Origin: Prosthecobacter debontii
GTDB lineage: Bacteria > Verrucomicrobiota > Verrucomicrobiia > Verrucomicrobiales > Akkermansiaceae
Assembly: GCA_945869855.1 (NCBI GenBank)
Contig: CAMBQC010000001.1
Coordinates: 4,849 to 68,848, forward strand
Length of the DNA stretch: 64,000 nucleotides
Reading direction: 5' to 3'
Both the position numbers and the translations under genes were made by a program. Below are positions 19,262 to 28,663 of this stretch, one piece after another. Positions within the stretch are counted from its first letter, which is position 1. The number at the start of each line of letters is the position of its first letter. A model generated the notes under the pieces. The model ran no database searches. It was given only the letters and a program-made list of their open reading frames with translations, and was not told the DNA's origin.

Positions 19262-19499
19262 GTTCTCCCAACATTTTTTTTTATTCCGCACAAACAAACG
19301 AGATTTAAATTGTAGCAACAATAATTACAATGGTGCGGATTCAGCATGATTCATAATTCACAAATATGGAGGGAAGCTTGAAATTTTCTTTGGGGATAAA
19401 GACCGTTGGCCATACCAGAGGTGGAGAAAGTCCGAGTCAATATCCGCCGCGGCGGCTCGATCAATTCCGTGATCTCGAAGCGCATTGGGGTTCCAAACT

Positions 19500-19735
19500 T
19501 CAAGGCATCCGGGTTGGAATCACCCGCTTGCCGAGACGTCGGTAAATCCTGAAGTCGGAGTCGGTGGTGAGAAGAAGGGGGCGGGTAGGATTTCCGTGAG
19601 GCGCACCAGAGAAGCATCGGCAATGCTCATGGGCACATCGGCGTATTTTTCCAGGAGATTCAACACGGGCATGAAGGCGTCTCCGTCCAGAGAAACGATT
19701 CGAAGGGCGCCCCTGCGACAGGCTAAGCGGAGGGT
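19500..19735 (-). pseudogene. frameshifted, 5'-truncated PIN-domain (VapC) toxin
   Basis: One frame gives LLEKYADVPMSIADASLVRLTE; after a frameshift near 19580 another gives LLTTDSDFRIYRRLGKRVIP*. Confidence 0.75.
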
Positions 19736-19844
19736 GGGGCAACCATCGGGGGCAAGAGTATTACATGAAGCAGGGTAGGGCAATACGAAACATGATGCGG
19801 TTTGCGAACCGAGCTTGATCAGGTCATTGCTGGAAGAGATACCC

Positions 19845-19923
19845 ACCACGGAGGACGCGGAGAACACAGAGATCGTTATCGCAAAACCAAATCTCGAAGG
19901 ATCCGCTCCGTGTTCTCCGTGGT
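19845..19923. repeat. ACAGAG-type inverted repeat element, family C copy 2
   Basis: ACCACGGAGGACGCGGAGAACACAGAG ... CTCCGTGTTCTCCGTGGT. Confidence 0.65.
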
Positions 19924-19948
19924 TCCATTTCGGTTTTCGGGTTAAACT

Positions 19949-20159
19949 TAGAGGTCGTCTTAAAAATCAGGAAAGAAGAAATCAAACCGCAGATGGACGT
20001 GAATGAACGCAGATGAAGAACACAGATCGAAACTCGAACATAAAAGTTTTCAGGCATTCCAAGACTCTTTCATCTGCGTAAATCCTGTTCATCTGCGGTT
20101 CAAAACACCCTTGCCGACTTACTGGCGGGAGTGTTTTAGAATTTTCAAACAGCCTCTTA
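19949..20159. mobile_element. MITE-like element enclosing a GCAGAT inverted repeat
   Basis: Imperfect ends AGAGGTCGTCTTAAAAAT / ATTTTCAAACAGCCTCT. Internal AACCGCAGATG..GAACGCAGATGAA ... TTCATCTGCG..TTCATCTGCGGTT at 19985-20100. Confidence 0.5.
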
Positions 20160-20246
20160 GACTGTCTGCCAAAAGTCGGTGCTTTGATTTGGCAGGTGGG
20201 GGCAAGATGGCTCCACAACGGCTTGGGGCTGGAATCCCCTAGCCAC
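20158..20246. repeat. composite REP/MITE element, family D copy 2
   Basis: TAGACTGTCTGCCAAAAG..GTGCTTT..GGGGCAAG..ACAACG..GGGGCTGGAATCCCCTAGCCAC, similar to 12940-13034. Confidence 0.6.
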
Positions 20247-20294
20247 TCCCTTGGTAGTCCGGCAGCCGAAGGCAGCCGCTCCTTGCGCTTCGCG

Positions 20295-21200
20295 TCACCA
20301 CTCGATGCCGACGCCTTCCTCGGGGATTAGTATTTTCTCGCTGATGCCGAGGCGGTCGGCTTCCATGAGCAGGCGCTCGACGGGTTCGTGGAGGGCTTCG
20401 TTTCCGAGGGGGAAAGTGCCGTAATGCATGGGGATGAGGACTTTCGCGCCGAGATCCGCGAAGGCGCGGACGGCCTGCTCGGGGTTCATGTGGACATCGC
20501 GGCCGCTGGGCGATTCGTAGGCGCCGATGGGCATCAGGGCGATATCGATGTCATGGCGTTTGCCGATTTCCGTGAAGCCGTCGAAGTAGGTGCTATCGCC
20601 GCAATGAAAGACGCTTTTTCGGCTGGCCTTGACGATGTAGCCGCCGTAATCGCGGTGGGTGTCGTGGACATAGCGCGCGCCCCAATGGTGGCAGGGCGTG
20701 TGGATGACATTCATGCCGCGGATCTCCAGTTCGTCCCAGATTTTCACCTCGTGGACGGCGGGGAAACCGAGTTTTCTGACCAGCGAGGCGCTGCCCTTCG
20801 GCACCACGATGCCCTCGCTGGCCTGCAAGACCTTGAGGCTGGGCTTATGGAGGTGGTCGAAGTGGGCGTGGGTAACGAGCACGAGATCGACCTCTGGGAC
20901 ATCGCCCAGGCGCAGGCCGGGATGGCGCTGGCGCTTCACCGGGCCGTGCCATTTGGCCCAGTTTGGATCGACGACGACTGAGTTTCCCGCGAACTGGAGG
21001 AAAAAGGAGGCGTGGCCGATCCAAGTGATGCGGACACGGTCGGCTTCGGGGGCGGTGAGGACGGGTTCGAGGATGGTGCCGCCGAGCTTGCGGAACATGG
21101 CGGGCACGACGCGGTGGCGAAGGAACTTCGCGTTCCTGCCGGGCCAGCCTTTCTGGGGGGCCAGACCGGAGTAGCCGTTGCCAGTGAGATCCTTGTTCAT
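20295..21200 (-). CDS. MBL-fold metallo-hydrolase (NAPE-PLD/UPF0173-like)
   Basis: TWIGHASF, THAHFDHL, PCHHWGAR, GDSTY, MPIGAYE, HMNPEQA, PMHYGTF. Confidence 0.88.
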   Translation of the reverse strand: MNKDLTGNGYSGLAPQKGWPGRNAKFLRHRVVPAMFRKLGGTILEPVLTAPEADRVRITWIGHASFFLQFAGNSVVVDPNWAKWHGPVKRQRHPGLRLGDVPEVDLVLVTHAHFDHLHKPSLKVLQASEGIVVPKGSASLVRKLGFPAVHEVKIWDELEIRGMNVIHTPCHHWGARYVHDTHRDYGGYIVKASRKSVFHCGDSTYFDGFTEIGKRHDIDIALMPIGAYESPSGRDVHMNPEQAVRAFADLGAKVLIPMHYGTFPLGNEALHEPVERLLMEADRLGISEKILIPEEGVGIEW

Positions 21201-21271
21201 GGATGGGGTTTTTTCAACGCAGAGCCGCAGAGATCGCGGAGGGAGCTCGGAGCTTTGGTTGACTCATGGGT

Positions 21272-22045
21272 TCAAGCGTAGCCGAGCGCGATTTTCGCCG
21301 CCCATTCCTCCGCACGTGTACGGAAATCGTTCCCGTCGTCCGCGTAAAGGATGCCGCGCGAGACATTGATTACGTCCGGGGCGGTTCGTTTCGCGCCGGC
21401 TAGCGCGGCTAGATCACCGCCTTGCGCACCGAGACCGGGCACCAGCAGCGGTGCGTCCGGCATTTTCGAAAGGACGGCCTCCGCGTTCGTCAGGCCGACG
21501 ACATACCCGACATCCGTGGCACGACCTTCGGCTTTCGCCCGCTCGCCGAGGGCGGTGACGAGTTCGAAGACCTGGCGTCCGTCTGCAAGAACCTGGCGCT
21601 GGAAATCGGCGGAGCCGGGGTTCGATGTTACAGCGAGGAGATAGACGGCTTTGCCCGCATAATCGAGGAAGGGCTCGATGGAGTCGTATCCGAGGAAAGG
21701 GTTGAGCGTGACGGCATCAACGTTCCAGCCATTGAAATAACCCTGCGCGTAATATTTCTGCGTCTCGCCGATGTCGCTGCGTTTCGCGTCGAGGATGATC
21801 GGGATGCCGTCTGGGATCGCGGCGAGGATGACTTCCAGCACGCGGATTCCCTCGATGCCCATCGCCTCGAAGTAGGCCATGTTCGGTTTGAACGCAGCAG
21901 CGGAATCCGCGGTTTGTTCGATCACTTGGAGCAGGAAATCCTTGGCTTGTGCCGCCCCACCATCGCCCGGTCGCGGATCGAGACCCACGCACAATCTTGA
22001 TCCCGTAGTCGCTACCCGCTGTTGTAATTTTTCCGTGAAACGCAT
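21272..22045 (-). CDS. pyrF: orotidine-5'-phosphate decarboxylase (subfamily 2)
   Basis: LCVGLDP, FKPNMAYFE, LDAKRSDIGET, TSNPGS, LVPGLGAQGG, NVSRGI. Confidence 0.95.
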   Translation of the reverse strand: MRFTEKLQQRVATTGSRLCVGLDPRPGDGGAAQAKDFLLQVIEQTADSAAAFKPNMAYFEAMGIEGIRVLEVILAAIPDGIPIILDAKRSDIGETQKYYAQGYFNGWNVDAVTLNPFLGYDSIEPFLDYAGKAVYLLAVTSNPGSADFQRQVLADGRQVFELVTALGERAKAEGRATDVGYVVGLTNAEAVLSKMPDAPLLVPGLGAQGGDLAALAGAKRTAPDVINVSRGILYADDGNDFRTRAEEWAAKIALGYA

Positions 22046-22094
22046 GAGTTATCCTTTCCCGAAATTTCACTCAAGGCAAAGCAAACTCTACGAG

Positions 22095-22232
22095 GGGGAG
22101 CACATGCGCCCTCGCGTGTCGCGGAGTGCGCCCTCGCGCTCCGCAGGCTGGAGAGATTTTGTGCGCCGTTTACAGGAAAATCATCCGCCCTATCTCCGGC
22201 CCTATTTCCGGTGAGGCTGCCTCCACCACACC
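22095..22232. repeat. REPIN/MITE-like element, family A copy 2 (inverted, one end eroded)
   Basis: GGGGAGCACATGCGCCCTCGCGTGTCGCGGAGTGCGCCCTCGC..CCGCCCTATCTC..TTTCCGG matches the reverse complement of 13648-13806 and overlaps the DoxX stop codon. Confidence 0.7.
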
Positions 22233-22633
22233 CAGGCTAGGAAACCCAGCGCCGCATAATAAACCGCGAACTCCGCCGCTTTCGCCCAGTAGGAAATTTT
22301 CTCCGTCCCGCCCAGGCAGCCGCAGGAAATATCCAGCCCGCGCCACCACGCGGAGCCGACCGAGACGCTGAAAGCTCCCACCAGCCCGAGCATCGCCAGC
22401 CACGCGCCCTTTTTCAGGACACCCAGCATGAAACAAAGCCCCGCCACCACCTCCACCCATGGCACGATGTAAGCAGCAGCGACTGCCATTCCCTCGCTGA
22501 CCAGCTTGTAGTTTCCGATGTCCACCGCGAACTTATCCAGCCCGCTGGAGAAAATTTTCAGCCCACCGGCATACACGAACCACGCGCCCATGACCACACT
22601 GAGCCGCAGCGCCATCTCTTCGTCCTTCCGCAT
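22202..22633 (-). CDS. MauE/DoxX family membrane protein
   Basis: FVYAGGLKI, YKLV, VPWVEVVAG, RGLDISCGCLG. The ORF-finder extension to 22846 is REP DNA. Confidence 0.85.
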   Translation of the reverse strand: MRKDEEMALRLSVVMGAWFVYAGGLKIFSSGLDKFAVDIGNYKLVSEGMAVAAAYIVPWVEVVAGLCFMLGVLKKGAWLAMLGLVGAFSVSVGSAWWRGLDISCGCLGGTEKISYWAKAAEFAVYYAALGFLAWVWWRQPHRK

Positions 22634-22699
22634 ATCCATCGCTGCATCTCTCGCACATCCGGCCGAAAAGTCACGGAGATTGGGAGGGGTGCTTCGCGC

Positions 22700-22842
22700 C
22701 GCTGGGAGCGCGGGTTTGCAACCCGCATGTTCATGAGATGTGAAAGGCGCTGCCTTAGAAGGCGGTTTCTCTCTCTGATCATGAGCTTGCGAGTCACAGA
22801 CGCGCGTTCCCGGTCGCTGGGAGCGCGGGTTTGCAACCCGCA
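22700..22842. repeat. REP array, family B
   Basis: Identical 28-mer CGCTGGGAGCGCGGGTTTGCAACCCGCA at 22700 and 22815, with a degenerate inverted copy (TGCGAGTCACAGACGCGCGTTCCC) between them. Confidence 0.75.
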
Positions 22843-22909
22843 CCAAAAAGGCCTCGCCACACGGTTCTTGGGCATTGCGCGGCGGCGCAGCGGATGCTTA
22901 CCTTCTAGC

Positions 22910-23707
22910 GTGAGCTACCTTGAGATACGGGATTTGGAGAAGCATTTCGTGAAAAAGGCGGGCGGTCTCCTGACCCACCATACGGATACGATCAAGGCCG
23001 TGGACGGCGTAAACCTTGAGATCCGTCAGGGCGAGATCCTCGGCCTCGTCGGCGAGTCAGGCTGCGGGAAATCGACCCTCTCAAGGATGATCATGCAGCT
23101 CATCCCGCCCACCGCCGGATCCATTATCCTCAACGGCGAAAACCTCAGCACACTCCGCCCGCATGAAGTGCGCAGGCGCCGCCTTGATTTCCAAATGGTA
23201 TTCCAAGATCCCTACGCCTCGCTGAACCCGCGGATGACCGTTTTCTCCACCCTTGCCGAGGCCGTGCGCCAGCGGCATCCGAAAATGAAAGGCGCGGAGC
23301 TTGAGAAAAAAGTCACCGACCTGATGGCCACCGTCGGCCTCGACGCCGGCCAGATGCGGCGATACCCACACGAATTTTCCGGCGGCCAGCGGCAGCGGAT
23401 CGCGATCGCCCGTGCCCTTGCTCCGGAGCCGAAACTGATCATCGCGGACGAGCCGGTCTCCGCGCTCGACGTTTCCATTCAGTCCCAGATCCTCAATCTC
23501 CTCAAAGACCTCCAGCGCGACCTCGGGCTGACGATGGTATTCATTTCTCACGATCTCGGGGTGGTGCACTACGTGGCCGACCGGATCGCGGTGATGTATC
23601 AGGGAAAAATCGTCGAGCTGGGCACGGCGGACGACGTATTTCACCACCCGAAGGACGATTACACAAAACGCCTGCTCGCCTCGATCCCGATGCTAAGATC
23701 GGCCTAA
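22910..23707 (+). CDS. oligopeptide/dipeptide-type ABC ATP-binding subunit (OppF/DppF-like), orphan
   Basis: GESGCGKST, MVFQDPYASLNPR, YPHEFSGGQRQR, DEPVSALDVSIQ. GTG start at 22910. Confidence 0.88.
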   Translation: MSYLEIRDLEKHFVKKAGGLLTHHTDTIKAVDGVNLEIRQGEILGLVGESGCGKSTLSRMIMQLIPPTAGSIILNGENLSTLRPHEVRRRRLDFQMVFQDPYASLNPRMTVFSTLAEAVRQRHPKMKGAELEKKVTDLMATVGLDAGQMRRYPHEFSGGQRQRIAIARALAPEPKLIIADEPVSALDVSIQSQILNLLKDLQRDLGLTMVFISHDLGVVHYVADRIAVMYQGKIVELGTADDVFHHPKDDYTKRLLASIPMLRSA

Positions 23708-24009
23708 CCGTTTGTCACCGCGGTAATGAGGCCGTCTTTCACCTTGAAGTTCAGCCGCTCCGGGCGGTAGTCCATCGTCGCCGGGCGCGGCTCGCCGTCC
23801 AACTCGATCACGCGGTGAGGGATTTCCCGGGCATCGCAGGCAGCCTGAACTTGATCCAAGGACTGCCCGACCAAGGACTCGGGTTTCGATACATCGATCT
23901 CAGATTTTACGGCCTTCACTTCGGCGGGCTTGTCATCGGTGGGTTGTTTTTCATTTGTCTGACAGGAAGTAAGGCAGGCCAGAGTAACCAGGAGTAGCGG
24001 TTTTTTCAT
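23704..24009 (-). CDS. lipoprotein with I78/potato-inhibitor-like peptidase inhibitor domain
   Basis: Lipobox LTSC; TMDYRPERLNF..KDG.I motif. Confidence 0.75.
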   Translation of the reverse strand: MKKPLLLVTLACLTSCQTNEKQPTDDKPAEVKAVKSEIDVSKPESLVGQSLDQVQAACDAREIPHRVIELDGEPRPATMDYRPERLNFKVKDGLITAVTNG

Positions 24010-24096
24010 CTGGAAAAGATCGCAGACTGTGGGCCGGATGCAAGAACACAGGCGAAATCCGCCATTGCGGACGCTCAAATTACGACGAACATAAAA

Positions 24097-25371
24097 ATGA
24101 TGAAATGGAATGCAACCAGCGTAATCGCCGCCTGCCTGGCAGTAGGACTCGGCGGATTTGTGGCCGGGAAACTCACCGGCGGCTCCGCAGGCCGCGGCGA
24201 GGCGGATGAACTCCTTGAACGAGCCAGGCAGGTTTCGAGCGAACGCATGTCCTCCAGCCGCGACGAAAATTCCTCGCGACGCGACAGCGCTTCACGCACA
24301 TCGCGAACAGCCGGCGAACGCCCGTCCGCCACGATGGATGAGCGTCTCTTGAAAATGGAGGAGATCGTCCGTGGGGAAAACGCCCTCGACCGGAGCCGCG
24401 CCATGCTGTCCTGGATTGATTCCCTCGCTCCCTCCGAATTCGAGGCCGCTGTTGCCAAGTTCCGCAGCCTCGGCCTCACCGAGGAGCGGATGGGTGAATA
24501 CGCCATGCTGCTTACCGCATGGGCGGAGGTCGATCCCATGGCTGCGCTCGCCTACACCACGGCAAATACGCGGGGTGGCATGGCCACCGGCACGGTTCTC
24601 GCCGCATGGGCCAGCCGCGATCCAGAATCTGCCATCGCCTGGGCCGAGGCAAAGCACGAGGGCGAGGAGGCGAATCCCTACATGATCGGAATCATCCGCA
24701 GCCTCGCCGTTACCAATCCGACTCGTGCCACTGAACTGCTCCAAGCTCTTCCCTTCAGCAGCGAGCGCGGTGCGGCGCTCCAAGCCATGATTCCCCACCT
24801 TTTAAAAAACGGCTCCGATGCCGCGAAAGCATGGATCGCGGGACTTTCCGATCCGCGCCTGCGCGACGGCGCGACAGCAAGATTCGCGGAGGAAATGGCA
24901 AAAACCGACCCCGCCACCACTGCCTCATGGCTGCTTTCCAACCTCGGCGAGGCGTCCACCCGCAGCGTGGATGAGGTGTTCGAACAATGGGCGCAAACCG
25001 ACAAGGAAGCGGCGTCCGCATCCTTCGCGCGCCTGCCACAGGGCGACGCGCGCACCCGTGCCTTGCGTGGCCTCGTCACTGTCGAGGCGCGCACCGACCC
25101 ACAGTCCGCCGCCAAACTGATGAACAGCCATCCCGCCGATGTGGACGACCGCATGGTTTACCATTTCATCTGGAATACTTTCGACAAGGCCCCCGGCGTG
25201 GCCGCAGGCCAGATCGCCCTCATCGGGGACACGGACAGCCGCAACCGTATGTATCAGCGCGCGCTTGGATCTTGGCTGGAGGATGATCAAGCCGCGGCCC
25301 AGCGCTGGATCAACTCTGCCAACCTACCTGAATCAGTTCTAAAGTCCCTCGCCAAGCGAAACAACCCCTGA
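24097..25371 (+). CDS. hypothetical helical-repeat protein
   Basis: N-terminal TM; recurring W...DP..A..W helical units. Confidence 0.65.
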   Translation: MMKWNATSVIAACLAVGLGGFVAGKLTGGSAGRGEADELLERARQVSSERMSSSRDENSSRRDSASRTSRTAGERPSATMDERLLKMEEIVRGENALDRSRAMLSWIDSLAPSEFEAAVAKFRSLGLTEERMGEYAMLLTAWAEVDPMAALAYTTANTRGGMATGTVLAAWASRDPESAIAWAEAKHEGEEANPYMIGIIRSLAVTNPTRATELLQALPFSSERGAALQAMIPHLLKNGSDAAKAWIAGLSDPRLRDGATARFAEEMAKTDPATTASWLLSNLGEASTRSVDEVFEQWAQTDKEAASASFARLPQGDARTRALRGLVTVEARTDPQSAAKLMNSHPADVDDRMVYHFIWNTFDKAPGVAAGQIALIGDTDSRNRMYQRALGSWLEDDQAAAQRWINSANLPESVLKSLAKRNNP

Positions 25372-25399
25372 GCTTGCTGGCTGTTGGCGCCCGCTCCGC

Positions 25400-26446
25400 T
25401 CACTGTTTTCCCAAGTCCACCACAAGGTCGTCGAAAAGCCCGTCACCACCGCTTCTTCCGCTACGATCCAACCCGATTCGATCGAGCTTGCCGATCGCAT
25501 CCGCCGTGACGATCTTGAGTGCCCTGTAAGAATCGCCATTGCTAGTTACCAGGACATCGAGGCTCACATTCCCGCCAGCGATCCTCTTTACATCGATTCC
25601 CATGGGCAGGAGTTTTTCCGGTGGGGGATCGAAGCCCATGTCCGCATTTTCCGAGAGCAGGATATTATCATCGACCCGTTCGAAGCGGAAGGCGCCACCG
25701 TCCAGTCCAGGATGAAAAAGGACGCGCACGTTGCCAATGGAGACACCCACATGGTAGGAGCCTGCGCCACCCGCGCCACCGCCACCAAGTTTCGCTGTGA
25801 CACGGAACTTATCAGGGAACTCCGGCTTGCCCGTGAAGCGCTGGGCATCGAAGATCAGACGCTGATCGCCGTCGCCATTGCGCCGCCCATCCATACACAC
25901 GAACCCGCTGTCCGAGATAGATCCTTTCATCGCTCCATCCGCCTCGTAGCGCAGACCCCGGTATCCCTCCGCCAGCGAGGCTTGCGGCTTGCTGAAAAAC
26001 TCCACAAAAATCCGCCCGCCCGGATCGGCGACGCCGGGGTTTTTCCTTTCATGCAGCAAGCTGGCCACCGCCCGCAGCAACAGCTCATCCTTGGCTCCTT
26101 TAGCGCCCTCGCGGAGAGTCCGTACGATTTTTCCAAGCCGCATACGCACCTCCGGATCTTCAGCTTCCAGCATCTCAACCAGCAAGGGCAACACCGCACT
26201 ACCCATCAGCAGGATTTCCTTCTGCGCCTGCTCCCGCTCCGCAAACTCCTCTGAAGCGAGGCGTTGGATCGCGTTGTCCAAGCTTTCCCGGGAAACATTT
26301 TGACCTTTCCGGAAAGCCTCCAGTGCGGGTGTTTCGGACGAAAGCCCCTTCTCTTTCAGCAATTCGAGACGCCAATCCCCCGCCTCCTGCGCCAAAGCAC
26401 AAACCAGCCCCAACGCCAAGGATACCATAATTCGGACGCTTTTCAC
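25400..26446 (-). CDS. hypothetical secreted protein, HEAT-like N-domain plus beta-sandwich C-domain
   Basis: Signal peptide; [13 protein letters not shown]...[12 protein letters not shown] unit; beta-rich C-terminus ending FDDLVV. Confidence 0.55.
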   Translation of the reverse strand: MKSVRIMVSLALGLVCALAQEAGDWRLELLKEKGLSSETPALEAFRKGQNVSRESLDNAIQRLASEEFAEREQAQKEILLMGSAVLPLLVEMLEAEDPEVRMRLGKIVRTLREGAKGAKDELLLRAVASLLHERKNPGVADPGGRIFVEFFSKPQASLAEGYRGLRYEADGAMKGSISDSGFVCMDGRRNGDGDQRLIFDAQRFTGKPEFPDKFRVTAKLGGGGAGGAGSYHVGVSIGNVRVLFHPGLDGGAFRFERVDDNILLSENADMGFDPPPEKLLPMGIDVKRIAGGNVSLDVLVTSNGDSYRALKIVTADAIGKLDRIGLDRSGRSGGDGLFDDLVVDLGKQ

Positions 26447-26547
26447 AACGCCACCCTGAGCATTTCACAACGCCAACTCAACCGCCGATTCCGTTCCTCC
26501 TCTTCATTGAAGGTTGAGTTTTTAGTTTTGAAATTTCAAACTCCAAC

Positions 26548-26796
26548 GTGTCCTGGCTCCTCACCAAGCTGATCCGCTTCTACCAACTCGCCATTTCCCC
26601 ATGGTTGCGGCTGGCGAGCGGCGGTCATGGCGTCTGCCGCCACGATCCGACATGCAGCCACTACGGCATCGAGGCGATCAAAATCCACGGCGCGCTGAAA
26701 GGCACCTGGCTTACGTTCCGCCGCTTGCTCCGCTGCCACCCTTGGGGCACCCACGGATACGATCCGGTTCCAAAAAAGCCCGCGAAACCGGCCTGA
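26548..26796 (+). CDS. yidD: membrane protein insertion efficiency factor
   Basis: [35 protein letters not shown]. Confidence 0.93.
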   Translation: MSWLLTKLIRFYQLAISPWLRLASGGHGVCRHDPTCSHYGIEAIKIHGALKGTWLTFRRLLRCHPWGTHGYDPVPKKPAKPA

Positions 26797-27568
26797 CCAC
26801 CGCCCAGCCCCGCGACCACGAAAGCTTGAGCCGCATTCCGTAAAGCCAGCTAAGCGATTGGTCATTGAGCACTTCCCGTTTTGGTCCGTCACCGACTACG
26901 CTGCCTTCTTTTAGCAGAATCACTCGGGTGATTTCTGGCAGGATTTCACCGGGGTCGTGGGTGACGAGCGTCAGAGTCGCCCCAGCCGCCGCGATTCCAC
27001 GCAGCGTTTCCAGAAGTTTCAAGCGCGCCGCGAAATCGAGCGCGGTCGATGGCTCGTCGAGCACCAACGCCTCCGGGCGGTGAACGAGCGCCCGGGCGAT
27101 CAGAAACCGACGTTTTTCTCCCGACGACAGCTGGCCGAACTCCCGCACCGCCAGCTCCGCGATTCCCACGTCCGCCAGTGCCTGTGCGGTCAGTGCTTTT
27201 TCGGCGGCACTGAAGCGCATGTCCCGTGTCCGCCCGTAGGCGCCACGGAACGACGAGATCACCACATCCGCCGCGATTTCCGCCGGGTGGAACCGCTCCA
27301 CCTCCTCCGGCATCACGATCCCGATCCGATGCCGCAGCTCCTCAAGGCACCACAGCTCCTCGCCGAAAAGCCGGCATCTGGTGCCCGGGTTCGCCTCTGC
27401 CCGCAGCTCGCCAGTCATCAGTTTCAACAGGCTGCTTTTTCCCGCGCCGTTTGCGCCGAGAATCGCTACGCTCTCACCGATGCGCAGCGTGAGATCCAGA
27501 CTACGCAGCGCCACGACATCGCCGCGCCAGACCTTGGCGTTGGTGGTTTCGAAAAACGGCTCACTCAT
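26711..27568 (-). CDS. ABC transporter ATP-binding protein (ModF/iron-chelate-like)
   Basis: [25 protein letters not shown]. The C-terminus overlaps yidD by 86 bp. Confidence 0.8.
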   Translation of the reverse strand: MSEPFFETTNAKVWRGDVVALRSLDLTLRIGESVAILGANGAGKSSLLKLMTGELRAEANPGTRCRLFGEELWCLEELRHRIGIVMPEEVERFHPAEIAADVVISSFRGAYGRTRDMRFSAAEKALTAQALADVGIAELAVREFGQLSSGEKRRFLIARALVHRPEALVLDEPSTALDFAARLKLLETLRGIAAAGATLTLVTHDPGEILPEITRVILLKEGSVVGDGPKREVLNDQSLSWLYGMRLKLSWSRGWAVVRPVSRAFLEPDRIRGCPKGGSGASGGT

Positions 27569-28598
27569 GTTTTTTTCCGATCAGCCCCCGCACTCTCCGA
27601 TCCGCGCCAAAGCGTTCCCATGTCACATCCCGCAGCTCTATGGATTCCGGGAAAACCTCCCCCGCCAGCGCCGGGAGCGTGCCGCCGCCGCATAGGATGG
27701 GCGTATGATAAATGACCGCCTCATCCACCAGCCCGGCGGCGAGCAGCGCGGCAGAGAGTTTACCTCCCGCCTCGCTCATCACGGAAAGCACACCGTGCTC
27801 CTTCACCAGCCCACGCAGCGCTTCCTCCAGCCCGCCACTGCGGATCAGCGTCCTGTTTTTCCACTCATCGTTGAAAAGCGGCGCCTCGCCGGGGAGTGAA
27901 TCCGGCCAGTCCGTCAGCACCACCCGCCAAGGCTGCTCGCGCCCTTCGAGCAGCTCCGGCACGCGGATTGTTAGAGATGGTTTGTCGCGGCGCACAGTCT
28001 CGCCGCTGGTCAGGATCGCATCCACCACCGCCCGCAGCTGCTGCACATCCGCCCGTGCTTCCGCACCGCTCAACCACTGCCCCTCACCCTCCGGTCTCGT
28101 GATCCGCCCATCCAGCGACATCGCGCATTTCCAGATCACCCAGGGCAAGCCTGTCCGCTGCGCCTTCGCAAAGGGTCTGAGGATCACCCCGCACTCCTTT
28201 TCTAAAACCCGTGCCCGCACCGTGATCCCTGCCTTTTTAAAAATATCATCCGCGGCCCCCGCATGCGATGGGTTCGGATCCGCGCAACCATAGACCACCC
28301 TTGAAACGCCCGCCTGTATTAGCCCGCCCGTGCATGCCGGGGTCTTGCCCGTCGTCGAGCAAGGCTCCAGCGTCACATAAACCGTAGCCCCTGCGAGGCA
28401 GCCTTTGCCGTGCGCCCACTCCGCCGCCGCCATCGCTTCCACCTCGGCATGTGGTAGCCCCGCTCGCCGGTGCCAGCCTGCTCCGAGAAATCTTCCATCC
28501 TTCACCACCACCGCGCCCACCGGCGGGTTCGGCGCCGTCCGGCCCACGCCTTTCTGTGCCTCCAGCAGCGCCAAGGCCATCCAATCCTCATCCGTCAT
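27561..28598 (-). CDS. ribD: riboflavin biosynthesis deaminase/reductase
   Basis: PNPPVGAV, HAE, VTLEPC..GKTPAC, AMSLDG, EAGG. Confidence 0.93.
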   Translation of the reverse strand: MTDEDWMALALLEAQKGVGRTAPNPPVGAVVVKDGRFLGAGWHRRAGLPHAEVEAMAAAEWAHGKGCLAGATVYVTLEPCSTTGKTPACTGGLIQAGVSRVVYGCADPNPSHAGAADDIFKKAGITVRARVLEKECGVILRPFAKAQRTGLPWVIWKCAMSLDGRITRPEGEGQWLSGAEARADVQQLRAVVDAILTSGETVRRDKPSLTIRVPELLEGREQPWRVVLTDWPDSLPGEAPLFNDEWKNRTLIRSGGLEEALRGLVKEHGVLSVMSEAGGKLSAALLAAGLVDEAVIYHTPILCGGGTLPALAGEVFPESIELRDVTWERFGADRRVRGLIGKKHE

Positions 28599-28663
28599 AT
28601 TCTAGAAAATGACAATGTGCTTCTCCTAAGTCCAGCGCGGTCTCTAGACTGATTGCCAACCGG

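Noticed and set aside
22700-22842. 28-bp direct repeat as a mini-CRISPR
   Set aside because: Only two copies, an 87-bp spacer containing an inverted copy, and no cas genes; it fits a REP.
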